Origin: an uncultured Ruficoccus sp.
GTDB lineage: Bacteria; Verrucomicrobiota; Verrucomicrobiia; Opitutales; Cerasicoccaceae
DNA: 55,522 nt
Reading direction: 5' to 3'
Assembly (NCBI GenBank): GCA_965140785.1
Contig: OZ223498.1
Location: forward strand, 1 to 55,522
The notes below the pieces were generated by a model that saw only the letters and a program-made list of their open reading frames with translations, made no database searches and was not told the origin of the DNA. A program made the translations under genes and the position numbers. Shown here piece after piece: positions 22,982 to 33,306 of this stretch (position 1 is its first letter; each line of letters begins with the position of its first letter).

Positions 22982-23818
22982 TTAACTCTGCTCCAGCGTC
23001 GCGTAGTCGATGGTGGTGAGGCGGTGCTGGTTGGCGCCCAGGCGGGGGATGCAGGAGATGAGCGCCTGCGTGTAGGGGTGCTGCGGGTTGCGCAAGACCT
23101 CCTCGGTCGGGCCGGCCTCGACGATCTCGCCTCGGAACATCACGACCACCCGGTCGGCGAAGCCGGAGACGATCCCGAAGTTGTGCGTGATCAGGATGAT
23201 CGACATGGTGCGCTTGCGGCGCAGGTCAACGAGCAGGTCCATGATCTGCTTCTGGATGGTCACGTCGAGCGCGGTGGTGGGCTCGTCGGCCACGAGGATG
23301 CGTGGCTCGCAGGCCAGAGCCATGGCGATCATGACGCGCTGCTGCATGCCGCCGGAGAGTTCGTGCGGGTAGGCGCGGTGGCGCTTCTCGGGGTCGCGGA
23401 TGCCGACCGATCGCAGTGCCTCGATCACCCGCCCGGTCACGTCCTTTTCTTCGGGGAGGTGGAGCTTGACTGCCTCGGCGATCTGGTAACCGACGGTGAA
23501 AACCGGGTTGAGTGAGGTCGAGGGCTCCTGAAAGATGTACGCGATGTCCTTGCCGCGGATGCCGCGCAGCTCGCGTGAATTCATCGCCATGACATCGCGG
23601 CCGTCGTAGAGGATGTTGCCGGAGACGCGGCAGGATGGCGGCGGGGGTAGCAGGCGCGTCAATGAGAGGGCGGTGACGGACTTGCCGCTGCCGGACTCAC
23701 CGACCACGGCCAGCGTCTCGCCCTCCTTGAGCGCGAAGTCGATCCCCTTGACCGCCTCCAGCGTGCGCTCGCGGTTGTGGAAGGAGATTTTCAGGTCTTC
23801 GATTTTCAGTAAATTCAT
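22982..23818 (-). CDS. oppD: Oligopeptide-type ABC transporter ATP-binding protein (OppD-like)
   Basis: [42 protein letters not shown]. Confidence 0.9.
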   Translation of the reverse strand: MNLLKIEDLKISFHNRERTLEAVKGIDFALKEGETLAVVGESGSGKSVTALSLTRLLPPPPSCRVSGNILYDGRDVMAMNSRELRGIRGKDIAYIFQEPSTSLNPVFTVGYQIAEAVKLHLPEEKDVTGRVIEALRSVGIRDPEKRHRAYPHELSGGMQQRVMIAMALACEPRILVADEPTTALDVTIQKQIMDLLVDLRRKRTMSIILITHNFGIVSGFADRVVVMFRGEIVEAGPTEEVLRNPQHPYTQALISCIPRLGANQHRLTTIDYATLEQS

Positions 23819-23958
23819 CGATGCGCGGAGGTATGAATTCGTAGATTGGGGGAGGGCGGTGAGCCGACAGAAGTATGAGTTGCTCGAAGAGGTTCGGTGG
23901 ACATCTCTAATTTATGAATCTCTATACATTTATGAATGCCGCACATACGGGCCTCCGC

Positions 23959-26499
23959 CTAGCTGTTGGACCGCATGCGCGGATCGACAATATCGCGCAG
24001 CGTATCGCCCATGACGTTAAAGGCAATCACGGTTATGAATATGGCGGCGCCCGGGGTGAGCAGCCACCAGAAGTTGAGGAAAAAGATTTTCATGTCCTGC
24101 TGGGACTGCTGGAGCATCAGTCCCCATGAGGCCGAGGGCTCCTGAATGCCCAGCCCGAGGAAGCTCAGGGCGGCCTCGCCCAGGATATAGCCGGGGATGG
24201 ACAGCGTGGCGGCCACCAGGAGGTAGCTGGCGAGATTGGGCAACAGGTGTTTGAGTAAGATGCGCCCGGTGCCCTGGCCCATACTCTCGGCGGCGAGGAT
24301 GTACTGGCGGGAGCGGATGGACAGGCTCATCCCGCGCAGCACGCGGGCCGTGCCCGCCCAGCCCACGAGCGAGAGGATGATGATAATCACCACAAACATC
24401 TGCCCGGACTCGAAGTGCGGGGCCAGCGCCGAACGCAGGGCCAGCAGCAGGTAGAGGCCGGGGATGGCCATGAGAAACTCCACCAGCCGCATGGCCAGGA
24501 AATCGAAGCGCCCGCCGAAGTACCCGGCCAGCCCGCCCACGAGGAAGCCGATCGTCATGGTGATGCCGATCCCGATCAGCCCGATGGTGAGCGAAATCTG
24601 CGAGCCGTAGAGCAGGCGCGAGAAGATGTCCCGCCCGGTCGTGTCGCTGCCCAGCAGGTACACCGGGTACTCGGCCCGGTCGATGGGGCCGCCCAGTTCT
24701 TTTTCCAGGGCCGCGTAGTCGGGCTGCACCAGGTGGCGGTCCATCGGGATGAGCCCGAAGAGCTTGTACTCGAAGCCCCGCGCGAACCATTTCAGGGGGA
24801 TGCTTTCGCCGGGGACCGGCTCGTACTTGGCGGCGGTGGGATCGACGTTGTTGTAAATCTTGACCGCCAGCCCGCCGTCCCAGGTCAGGGCGGTGGGCGG
24901 GTGGTAGGTCTGGAGCAGGTTCTGGTCGGAGACGCGGTGCGTGGCTAAAAACGGCGCGAAAGCCGCCCCGAAATACAGCAGCCCCAGCACACAGGCAGCC
25001 GCCAGCCCCACCGGGCGGCGCACCAGCTGGCGGGCGATGTGGACAAAGGTCGGCCAGGCTACCTTGGCAATGAAAGCCGCTACCGCGACCAGCACGGCGA
25101 GGCCGCCCCACTTGACCCCGCGCAGCATTTTCTCCATCGCCGCCGTGTCGCCCCAGGGGATGAAGGACACCAGCACCAGCAGGAGCACGACCACCGCGAT
25201 AAGGGCCGAGGCGGGCTTCCACTGGCCCCGGCGGGTGATCCCGCCCGCGCCCGACTCCAGCCGGATGCGTGGGTCGCTCCAGGCCAGCAGCAGGTCGGCC
25301 ACGAGATTACCCACCATGAGCATGGTGCAGCCCATCAGCACCGCCGCCTGTACGAGGGCGTGGTCCTTGCGCGTGACCGCCTCGAACACCAGCAGCCCCA
25401 GGCCGGGGTAGTTCATGACCTTCTCCACCAGCACCGCGCCGCTGAGCAGCCCGGCCAGGGCGAAGCCCAGCGAGGTCAGCAGCGGGTTGATGGCGTTGCG
25501 CAGGACGTGGCGGAACATGATGACCCGTTCGGACAGGCCCTTGGCCCGCGCCGTGGTCACAAAGTCCGACTGCATGTAGTCGAGGAAATTCGCCCGCATC
25601 ACGCGCATCATCCCGGCGATCCCGCCCACGCCCAGCACGAAGGCCGGGAGGATCAGGTGGTAGGCGTAGTCGGCCACCCGCAGCGGCGGCGGCATGAAGT
25701 CGCTGGCCAGCGAGGAGAGCCCCCCGGTCGGGAAGAGCCCCGTCTTGGCCGCGAAGAAGACCGCCAGGATGGCGAGGAAAAATTCCGGGATCGACAGCGC
25801 CGCGTAGGCAAAGAGCGAGCTGAGCCGGTCAAAGAGCCGGTTGCGCCGGATCGCGGCCAGCACCCCCAGCGGAACGGCCACCACCCAGGCGAAGATCAGC
25901 GCCGTCAGCGAGAGAGCGAAGGTCGCCGGCAGTCGCTGGGCGATCAGCTCGGAGACCGGAATGTTATAAGCCCAGGACTGCCCCAGGGACGGCTTGCCCC
26001 AGTGCAGGTCAAAGGTTGTGACGGTCTTGGTCGGCGCGGGTGCGGACTCCTCCGGTGCCGCGGCCTGGACCGTTTCCGCCTCTGCCTGCCCCTGGGCGGC
26101 GGGCGCGGATTCTTCGGTGGTTGTTGCCGTTGCGTCTGCTTCGGCGGTCGAGGTGGGGGTGTCCGAGTCAGCCGGGGCAGACTGGGCGGCGTCTTTTGCG
26201 CGGGCGGCGATTTCCGCTTCGGTCAGCGGGACTTCTTTCGTGCCGAGGAATTTCAGCGGCGAGAGATTATTGAGCCAATAGCCGTACTGCACATACCAGG
26301 CGGTGGGGTTGCCCTCGGCATCCACCAGCCCGTAGTCGCGCTCCATCTCGGCGATGAGCTCTTTGGAGATGTCGGGGCGCGAGCGGGCTTCGCTGAGGAA
26401 GTCGCCCGGCGAGAGCGTCATCAGGTAAAAGACCAGCGCGCTGACCCCGAAGAGCACGGGGATCATGGACAGGAAGCGGCGCAGGATAAAGGTGATCAT
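23959..26499 (-). CDS. Fused OppB-OppC ABC permease
   Basis: OppB half (MITFILRR...TARAKGL...DPRIR) and OppC half (LLGSDTTGRDIFSRLLYG...EAALSFLGLG...GDTLRDIVDP) in one frame. ATG overlaps the upstream TGA (ATGA). Confidence 0.9.
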   Translation of the reverse strand: MITFILRRFLSMIPVLFGVSALVFYLMTLSPGDFLSEARSRPDISKELIAEMERDYGLVDAEGNPTAWYVQYGYWLNNLSPLKFLGTKEVPLTEAEIAARAKDAAQSAPADSDTPTSTAEADATATTTEESAPAAQGQAEAETVQAAAPEESAPAPTKTVTTFDLHWGKPSLGQSWAYNIPVSELIAQRLPATFALSLTALIFAWVVAVPLGVLAAIRRNRLFDRLSSLFAYAALSIPEFFLAILAVFFAAKTGLFPTGGLSSLASDFMPPPLRVADYAYHLILPAFVLGVGGIAGMMRVMRANFLDYMQSDFVTTARAKGLSERVIMFRHVLRNAINPLLTSLGFALAGLLSGAVLVEKVMNYPGLGLLVFEAVTRKDHALVQAAVLMGCTMLMVGNLVADLLLAWSDPRIRLESGAGGITRRGQWKPASALIAVVVLLLVLVSFIPWGDTAAMEKMLRGVKWGGLAVLVAVAAFIAKVAWPTFVHIARQLVRRPVGLAAACVLGLLYFGAAFAPFLATHRVSDQNLLQTYHPPTALTWDGGLAVKIYNNVDPTAAKYEPVPGESIPLKWFARGFEYKLFGLIPMDRHLVQPDYAALEKELGGPIDRAEYPVYLLGSDTTGRDIFSRLLYGSQISLTIGLIGIGITMTIGFLVGGLAGYFGGRFDFLAMRLVEFLMAIPGLYLLLALRSALAPHFESGQMFVVIIIILSLVGWAGTARVLRGMSLSIRSRQYILAAESMGQGTGRILLKHLLPNLASYLLVAATLSIPGYILGEAALSFLGLGIQEPSASWGLMLQQSQQDMKIFFLNFWWLLTPGAAIFITVIAFNVMGDTLRDIVDPRMRSNS

Positions 26500-28420
26500 T
26501 CGCTGAGGTCCTCCTCGGTCCAGAGTTCGTCCAGGTTCCACAGCAGGCTGCCCGAGGGCGGCACCACGACATTGTTCCACTTGTTCTTGATACCGCTGTA
26601 GGCGTAGGGGGTGACGAGGTAGAGCAGCGGGAGTTCCTCGGCCATGATGGCCTGGATCTCGCCAAAGTACTTCACCCGCTCGGCCTCGTCAAAGGTCTGC
26701 TCCTGCGCCGTGATCAGCTCGTCGATCCGGGCCTCCCAGTCGGTGGCGGGCGTCTCCTGCTCGGAGTTCCAGATGTGGTAAATGCCGCTGCTGGCGTAGA
26801 GGGCTTTGCTGCCGGAGGGGTCAGAGGCCCCGGCGCTGGAACCCCAGCCGATGGCGCTCATCTCGTAGTCGTAGGTGTTGTCGATCTTCTGGATGACCAC
26901 GGCGAAGTCCACGTAGTTGATGCGCAGGCTCAGGCCGATGGCGGCGAGATTTTCCTTCAGGGTGGTGGCCATGCTGGTCATGTTCGGGCTGCTGTCGTAG
27001 AGCAGCAGCTCGATCTCTACCCGGTGACCGGCGGGGCCGTAGAGCTCGCCCGCATCGTTCCAGCTAAAACCCGCCTCGCGCAGGAGCTGGCGGGCTTTTT
27101 CGGGGTCGTAGCGGTACTTGCGCACGTCCGGGTTGTGCCACTTGGGGTTGCCCTGGGAGATGATCGAGTCCAGCGGCTCGGCCCGCCCGAAGTACACCCC
27201 GCGCGCGACCCCCTGCCGGTTGAAGGCGTACTGGATCGCCTGCCGGAAGCGCTTGTCCTGAAACCACGCCATCTTGTACGGGGGGACGTAGGGGACGCCG
27301 TTTTTGTCCGTGCCGGGTTTGAGGTTGAACCAGAAGAAACTGATGTTCGGTGCCGGTCCACGTTCGTAGATCGTGAAGTCGTGCGCCTGCGCGCCCTTGC
27401 GCACCCAAGCCTCGTCCGAGGCGGAAATGCCCGCTGCGTCAATCTGCCCGGTGGCGAAGAGCACGGAGTCGGCGTTCTGGTCCTTCATATACTTGACGAC
27501 GAGGAAGTCGATGTAGGGCAGGCGCTGCCCGTCGCGGTCGGCCCGCCAATAGTGCGGGTTGGGCTCGTAAACGATGCGCTCGCCCGGGTGGTAGGAGAAG
27601 ACCTTGAACGGGCCCAGGCCGACCAACTCCTCCGGGTGCTCGATCGCGGTCTGGGTGGACCACTGCTCCAGCAGGGTGCCGTCCTCGTAGGCCGCGTAGA
27701 GCTTGTGCTTGGGGATGATGGGCGCGAAGCCGATGTCGTTGATAAACGGCGAGTACAACTGCGGGGTGTAGAACTCGACCGTGTCGTCGTCGATCTTGCG
27801 GTACTGGATGCGCTCGCCGCCGATAGTGTACTGGCCGATGTAGCGGTTCGGGTAGCGGGGGCGCAGCTTGCCGGTCTGCGGGTCCTTCTGCTCGGCGAAG
27901 ATGCAGTCGAAGGTAAAGATCACGTCGTCGGCGGTGAAGGGCTCGCCGTCGCTCCACTTCAGCCCGCGTCGCAGGTGAAAGGTGTAGGTCTTCTTATCCG
28001 GGCCGATCTCCCAGGATTCGGCCAGGGCGGGGATGTTCTCGGTCTTGACCGGGTCCCAGCCCACCAGTCCGACGAGGAACTTCCCCATGGCCGAGGACGA
28101 GGCCGCGTCGCTGGGACGAGAAAGTTAAACGTCTTCGGCTCGGTGCTCTCGGTCAGGATGAGCACGCCCCCGTACTTACCCGGCTCGCAAGTGGCAACCT
28201 CCACCCCCTCGGGCAGCGGGTACTGCCCGCGCTCGACCTCCGGCGGCTCTTTGCCGCACCCCGCCAGTAGCAGGACCACGGCGGCGCCGATCGCACCCGC
28301 CCGCGCAGAAAAGCCCGGATGCGGGCGACGGCGACGGCCTGGGCCCCGGAGAGCCTCAACCGGGCCTGAACGCTGTTCAGGCCGACGGCGGAAAAGTGGA
28401 TTCTTGAGGAAGCGGTTCAA
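26496..28420 (-). CDS. ABC transporter substrate-binding lipoprotein, family 5 (OppA-like); one frameshift near 28100
   Basis: Lipobox LLAGC and EPKTFN in ORF 27959-28420; continues PALAESW...WSDGEPFTADDV in ORF 26496-28088. Confidence 0.88.
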
Positions 28421-28544
28421 AAGACAGTCAACGAAAACGCGGTGAGTGGAACCTGTATTGAGTCAATCACGAGCGGTTTGACCAGACTATAAACACATCG
28501 GTTCCCGGCGCGGCCATCCGCGTCCGCCGGTTTTTGCCCGTCGG

Positions 28545-28650
28545 AAAAAGAGAGGGCCTTGGGCGCCACGCGGTGAACGTGGCAGCCAAGGCCCAATCGG
28601 GGATTCGTGTTGCCGGCCCTTGCAGGCCCGCACTCCGAGGTGAGAATGCA
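28545..28650 (-). ncRNA. Candidate small RNA or attenuator with intrinsic terminator upstream of the opp operon
   Basis: TTGAAA-17-CATATT promoter-like site (28682-28654), two short hairpins (one with a GCAA loop), then a long stem GGGCCTTGG...CCAAGGCCC followed by TCTCTTTTT. Confidence 0.4.
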
Positions 28651-28788
28651 GGTAATATGCAGCAAACGGCGGAGCGTTTCAATCCGTATAAGCCGGGCTC
28701 GGGTAAGGTATTAACGACGATTAACGTAGGGCGGCCTGACTTAAGCAAGTACGGTCAGGAAGAACCGGAATCGCGGGCAAGTGTCTCG

Positions 28789-28927
28789 TTTGCCGAGTTT
28801 TTAAAGGAATGGATGGCCACAAAAAGGCACAAAAATCACGAAAAGGGTCCTCCGACGCCGTGCGCGTTTAAACTAACCATTCTTGTGCGTTTTCGTGGCT
28901 AATGGCTTTGGGTAATAACTATGCTAA
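28789..28927. repeat. Palindromic dispersed repeat, family A copy 1 (MITE/REP-like)
   Basis: Ends TTTGCCGAGTT / AACTATGCTAA; internal GCCACAAAAAGGCACAAAAA...TTTTCGTGGC. Homologous to 42907-43060 and 51326-51445. Confidence 0.7.
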
Positions 28928-28934
28928 CATGACA

Positions 28935-29102
28935 CTAGGCAGTGTACGCAAACCTGCTCAGGTCACATCCTCGTGTCTGTTTGGGTTTGAATTTCGTGTC
29001 CTCGGCTCGACAATTCTCAAAATTGCCTCCCCTCGGAGCCCAAAATTCAACCTCCAAAATACACTTTGGCTGTTCATTCCGAGGTTTGCGTACACAGCCT
29101 AG
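28935..29102. mobile_element. MITE-like element with 21-bp terminal inverted repeats ending in CTAG
   Basis: CTAGGCAGTGTACGCAAACCT ... AGGTTTGCGTACACAGCCTAG (1 mismatch); internal inverted repeat; no transposase. Confidence 0.75.
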
Positions 29103-29124
29103 CAGGAGTTCAGCTAGCCCCACG

Positions 29125-30666
29125 CTAGTAAAACAAATTCCGGTCGAGGCTGCGGTACTGGATGGCCTCCAGCAGGTGGGCAGTCTGAATCTGCTCCGAG
29201 CCTGCCAGGTCGGCGATAGTGCGGGTGACTTTTAAGATGCGGTCGTAGGCACGGGCGGAGAGCTGGAGCTCTTCCATGGCCCGCTGGAGCAGGTCTCCCT
29301 GTTCGGAGGAGACGGCGCAGTGGGTGCGAATCTGCCGGTGGCTCATGCGGGAATTACTGGTGGTCGCGGGGCTGTCCGCGAAGCGCTGTTGCTGGCGCGT
29401 CCGGGCCGTTACGATCCGTTCACGAATGACGGACGAGCTTTCGCCGGGCTCGCCTTTACGCATCTCGGAGATGGAGACAGCGGGCGCCTCGATGTGCAGG
29501 TCGATGCGGTCGAGCAGCGGGCCGGAAATACGGCTGCGGTAGCGCTGGATCTGCGTGGGCGAGCAGCGGCACTCCCGGCGCGGGTCCGAGAGGTAGCCGC
29601 AGGGGCAGGGGTTCATCGCCGCCACTAGCATGAAAGAACAGGGTAGGGTGATCTTAGCCGCACTGCGCGAGATGGTGACCTCGCCGTCCTCCAGCGGCTG
29701 GCGCAGCACCTCCAGCGCCGAGCGCTTGAACTCCGGTAATTCGTCCAGGAAGAGCACCCCGTGGTGCGCGAGCGAAATCTCCCCCGGCCCCGGATGGGTG
29801 CCCCCGCCGAGCAGCCCCACATCGCTGATCGTGTGGTGGGGCGAGCGAAAGGGGCGAGCGAAGTATCGGTCACCTCCGTTGAGGCTGACTCCGGCGGCGG
29901 ACTGGATACCGAGAATTTGTAGAAACTCGTCCAGCGCGGGTTCGGGCATGATGGTTGGGATGCGCTTGGCCACCATGCTTTTCCCCGAGCCCGGGGGACC
30001 GATCATGAGCAGGTTGTGCCCGCCGGCGACGGCGATCTCGACGGCGCGGCGCACCTGTCCCTGTCCCTTGATCTCGGAAAAATCGACCGCGTGGGCGGCG
30101 TCGGGGCGACGGTAAAAGGCGCTCTGTCCCGGGGTCATCGGCGCAATGACATGCTCGCCTTCGAGGAAGCGCACCGTCTCGTCCAGCGAGTTGACCGGGT
30201 ACACATTGACGCCCTCGACGAGGACGGCTTCCTCTGCCGCCTCGGGCGGTAGCAGCACCCCTTTTAATTTCTGCCTCCTCGCCAGTAGCCCGAATGCCAG
30301 CCCGCCGCGCACCGGACGAAGTGCCCCGGACAGGCTCATCTCGCCCGCGATCAGGTAGCCCTCCAGCGTCTCGGGTTTGAGCTGGTTCGTCGCCGCCAGC
30401 AGGCCGAGCGCGATGGGCAAGTCGTAGCAGGGGCCTTCCTTGCGCAGGTGGCCGGGGGCGAGGTTGATCGTGGTGCGGGTGGCGGGCATGCGAAACCCGC
30501 TGTTGGCCAGCGCGGAAGACACACGGTCCTTGGACTCCTTGACGGCCGCATCGGGCAGCCCGACCAGAAAGACGCCCGCTTCGCCGAACTCCCCCGCATT
30601 GACCTCTACCTGCACCGGCTGAGCCTCAACTCCCACAAGAGCTCCAGAAGTAACGACGGCTAGCAT
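29125..30666 (-). CDS. comM: YifB/ComM Mg-chelatase-like AAA+ ATPase
   Basis: [61 protein letters not shown]. Confidence 0.92.
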   Translation of the reverse strand: MLAVVTSGALVGVEAQPVQVEVNAGEFGEAGVFLVGLPDAAVKESKDRVSSALANSGFRMPATRTTINLAPGHLRKEGPCYDLPIALGLLAATNQLKPETLEGYLIAGEMSLSGALRPVRGGLAFGLLARRQKLKGVLLPPEAAEEAVLVEGVNVYPVNSLDETVRFLEGEHVIAPMTPGQSAFYRRPDAAHAVDFSEIKGQGQVRRAVEIAVAGGHNLLMIGPPGSGKSMVAKRIPTIMPEPALDEFLQILGIQSAAGVSLNGGDRYFARPFRSPHHTISDVGLLGGGTHPGPGEISLAHHGVLFLDELPEFKRSALEVLRQPLEDGEVTISRSAAKITLPCSFMLVAAMNPCPCGYLSDPRRECRCSPTQIQRYRSRISGPLLDRIDLHIEAPAVSISEMRKGEPGESSSVIRERIVTARTRQQQRFADSPATTSNSRMSHRQIRTHCAVSSEQGDLLQRAMEELQLSARAYDRILKVTRTIADLAGSEQIQTAHLLEAIQYRSLDRNLFY

Positions 30667-30855
30667 ATCACACAGTAGCAAGGCAGCGCGTAGCAGTCTT
30701 GGCAATGAAAAGGTGTATTAACGGTATCCGGTCTGAGATGATGATCGCTTCTTGATACTCGCGCTTAGTCAAGGTTGGTTCGATTCAGAATGAGGTGTAG
30801 GATTCAGAGGGCATACGCTCCTTGTGCTGTTGCAACAGATATGCAAGATCGAGAC

Positions 30856-31938
30856 ATGATCATTACGCTTCGATTTCTCTGTCCTCGCCTGATTCGCCAC
30901 TGCAGCCTCGCGGCTCTGATGGCCGTTGGCGCTTGGGTTGCTCCGCATTCGCAGGCCTGTACTCGGGTCGTTTATCGCGGCGTGGACAATCAGATTGTGA
31001 CGGCCCGCTCGATGGACTGGAAGGTCGATGTGGGAACGAACCTGTGGGTTTTTCCCCGCGGGATGGAACGCTCCGGTGAGGCGGGGGCGAACTCCCTCAA
31101 GTGGACCTCCAAATACGGCAGCGTGATTGCATCCGGCTATGACATTTCAACGACCGATGGTCTAAACGAGGCTGGCTTGTCGGCCAGTGTTCTCTGGCTG
31201 GTCGAGTCTGAATACCCCGCCTACGACGGGCAAAAACCGGGGCTGACGGTGGCGGCGTGGGCGCAGTATATCCTCGATAATTTCGCCACCGTGGCCGAGG
31301 CGGTCGCCGTGTTGGAGCAGGAACCCTTTATCGTGGTGACGGACAAGGTCCCCGGCGAGGATCGGCTGGCCGCGCTGCATCTGGCGATCTCGGATGCCGG
31401 CGGTGACAGCGCAATTGTGGAGTACATCGAGGGCAAGCAGGTCATCCACCACAGCCCGAAATACCAGGTGATGACGAACTCGCCGACCTTTGAGGAGCAA
31501 CTCGCCCTCCACAGCTACTGGGAGCAGATCGGGGGTACGGTCATGCTGCCAGGTACCAACCGCGCGGCGGACCGCTTCACGCGGGCGGCCTTTTACATCA
31601 ACGCCGTGCCCAGGACGGACGACCCGGTGGAGACGATTGCGAGTGTGTTCAGCGTTATCCGTAATGTCTCCGTGCCCTATGGGCTGACGACGCCGGACCA
31701 GCCGAATATCTCCTCCACGCGCTGGCGCACGGTCGCAGACCAGCAGCGACTGCGGTATTTTTTCGAATCCGCTCTGACGCCGAGTATCTTCTGGGTCGAT
31801 CTGCAGAAGGTGGACTTTTCGCCCGATACTGGTGAAGTGAAGAAACTCAATCTCGGGCCGGGGCAGCGTAACATTTTCTCCGGAGAAGTGAGTGCTGAGT
31901 TTGTCCCGAGCCAGGCGTTCAGATTTCTGGGTATATAA
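30856..31938 (+). CDS. Secreted Ntn hydrolase, choloylglycine hydrolase / penicillin V acylase family
   Basis: Signal peptide ending SQA then CTRVVY (N-terminal nucleophile Cys); ARSMDW, DGLNEAGL, VMTNSP, PGTN..DRF, STRW. Confidence 0.9.
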   Translation: MIITLRFLCPRLIRHCSLAALMAVGAWVAPHSQACTRVVYRGVDNQIVTARSMDWKVDVGTNLWVFPRGMERSGEAGANSLKWTSKYGSVIASGYDISTTDGLNEAGLSASVLWLVESEYPAYDGQKPGLTVAAWAQYILDNFATVAEAVAVLEQEPFIVVTDKVPGEDRLAALHLAISDAGGDSAIVEYIEGKQVIHHSPKYQVMTNSPTFEEQLALHSYWEQIGGTVMLPGTNRAADRFTRAAFYINAVPRTDDPVETIASVFSVIRNVSVPYGLTTPDQPNISSTRWRTVADQQRLRYFFESALTPSIFWVDLQKVDFSPDTGEVKKLNLGPGQRNIFSGEVSAEFVPSQAFRFLGI

Positions 31939-32021
31939 GCCCCTCTCACTGATTGCCGGGGATGAGGGAAATCCTGGTCAATCGAACTTGAAGCATGAGA
32001 CCAAACTTTTAACGTTACGTT

Positions 32022-32222
32022 GTGCCATCGGAAATAGAGATACTTGGGTCGTATGTACCCGGCTGGTTGATAGCGGCAGTGCTGGGGGTTATCCTGGCAG
32101 GCGTCAGCAAGGTCGTGCTTGCCCGGTTGGGCTTGCACCGGGTGCTGGTGGCCCCGGTCCTATTCTACGTCTGCCTGGCATTCCTCTGGGCAGGATTCCT
32201 CTGGCTCCTCATTTTTAAATAA
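32022..32222 (+). CDS. YtcA-like small membrane protein
   Basis: PSEIEILGSYVPGWLIAAVLG resembles YtcA; sits directly upstream of an MdtN-like gene. Confidence 0.65.
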   Translation: MPSEIEILGSYVPGWLIAAVLGVILAGVSKVVLARLGLHRVLVAPVLFYVCLAFLWAGFLWLLIFK

Positions 32223-32250
32223 GCGGTTACGCTGCTACTGGCATACGCGA

Positions 32251-33306
32251 ATGACTGATTCGACCGAACCGAACCCTCCGGCCCCGCCGTCAAAAGGTAA
32301 GAAGACTGTGGGCCGCATCTTGAGCCTGGTCGTTGTGCTGGGGGCGCTCGTCCTGGCGTTCTACCTGATCACGCATGGCGAGCACTATCCGCGTACCGAC
32401 GATGCCTATGTGCAGGCGCGCTACATCACGGTGGCTGCCGAAGTTCCGGGCAGAATTGCTGAGCTGCCGGTGCAGGATGGCTTAGCGGTGGAGACCGGGC
32501 AACTGCTTGTGCAGATCGACCCCAAGTCCTATGAGCTCGCTGTGGCTTCGTCCGTCGCGCAAATCGAGGCCCTGGAGGCTCAGCTGAGTGAGGCCGAGCG
32601 TCAGCGCGAGGCGGCCTTGGAGTTGGTGGAGACTTCACGTGCAAACACGGAGCGGGCATTGGCCCAGGAGCAGTTGGCGCAGTCCACCTACGAGCGGATG
32701 GGACCGCTGGCCGAGGAGGGATTTGTCACGAAGGAGCGTTATGACGCGGTGACCTCCGCGTGGGAACAGGCGCGCGCGGGCGTGCTCATGGCCAAAAGCA
32801 GCGAACTTTCAGCGGAGCTGGCTGTGCCGTCACTGGATACACTGCGGGCTGAGTTGAAAGCCGCGCGTGTGCGCCTGGCGCAGGCTGAGCTGGAGCTGGA
32901 GCGAACGCGGGTACTGGCATCGTTTCCGGGTCGTATCGTCAACTGCGACATCGCACCGGGGATGATGACCATGCCCGGTGAACCGCTCTTCACTCTGGTG
33001 GACACGCGCGAGTGGTTTGTCATGGCCAACTACCGGGAGGGTGACCTGAAAAATATCCACCTCGGCGACAAGGCCAAGGTGCGCCTGCTCACGCTGCCGA
33101 ATAAAACCTTCACCGGGGAGGTGGTCAGCATCGGGCATGGTGTGCAAAATTCGGATACGTATAACGTCGGGCCGCTGCCCATCGTGCGCAGTGACCTGGA
33201 TTGGGTGCGTCTGGCGCAGCGCTTCCCGGTGCGTATACGCATCGACCAGCCCGAGCCCGAAGAGGCTTTCCGCATCGGAGCCAGTGCGGTGGTGGTAGTT
33301 GAGTGA
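32251..33306 (+). CDS. HlyD-family membrane fusion protein (MdtN-like)
   Basis: PRTDDAYV, lipoyl-like GRIAELPV.DG..V..GQLL.QID, coiled coil, WVRLAQRFPVRI. Confidence 0.9.
   Translation: MTDSTEPNPPAPPSKGKKTVGRILSLVVVLGALVLAFYLITHGEHYPRTDDAYVQARYITVAAEVPGRIAELPVQDGLAVETGQLLVQIDPKSYELAVASSVAQIEALEAQLSEAERQREAALELVETSRANTERALAQEQLAQSTYERMGPLAEEGFVTKERYDAVTSAWEQARAGVLMAKSSELSAELAVPSLDTLRAELKAARVRLAQAELELERTRVLASFPGRIVNCDIAPGMMTMPGEPLFTLVDTREWFVMANYREGDLKNIHLGDKAKVRLLTLPNKTFTGEVVSIGHGVQNSDTYNVGPLPIVRSDLDWVRLAQRFPVRIRIDQPEPEEAFRIGASAVVVVE

Noticed and set aside
28085..28125. Phase-variable or split oppA
   Set aside because: Single frame break with no simple-sequence repeat tract; consistent with the other assembly indels.
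28600..28780. 6S RNA or SRP RNA
   Set aside because: Some end-to-end pairing is possible on the minus strand, but I see no convincing 6S central bubble or SRP CAGG-NNN-GNRA-NNN-AGCA motif, and a promoter-like site lies inside it.
29125..30666. comM interrupted by an integrative element
   Set aside because: comM is a known hotspot, but this reading frame is intact.
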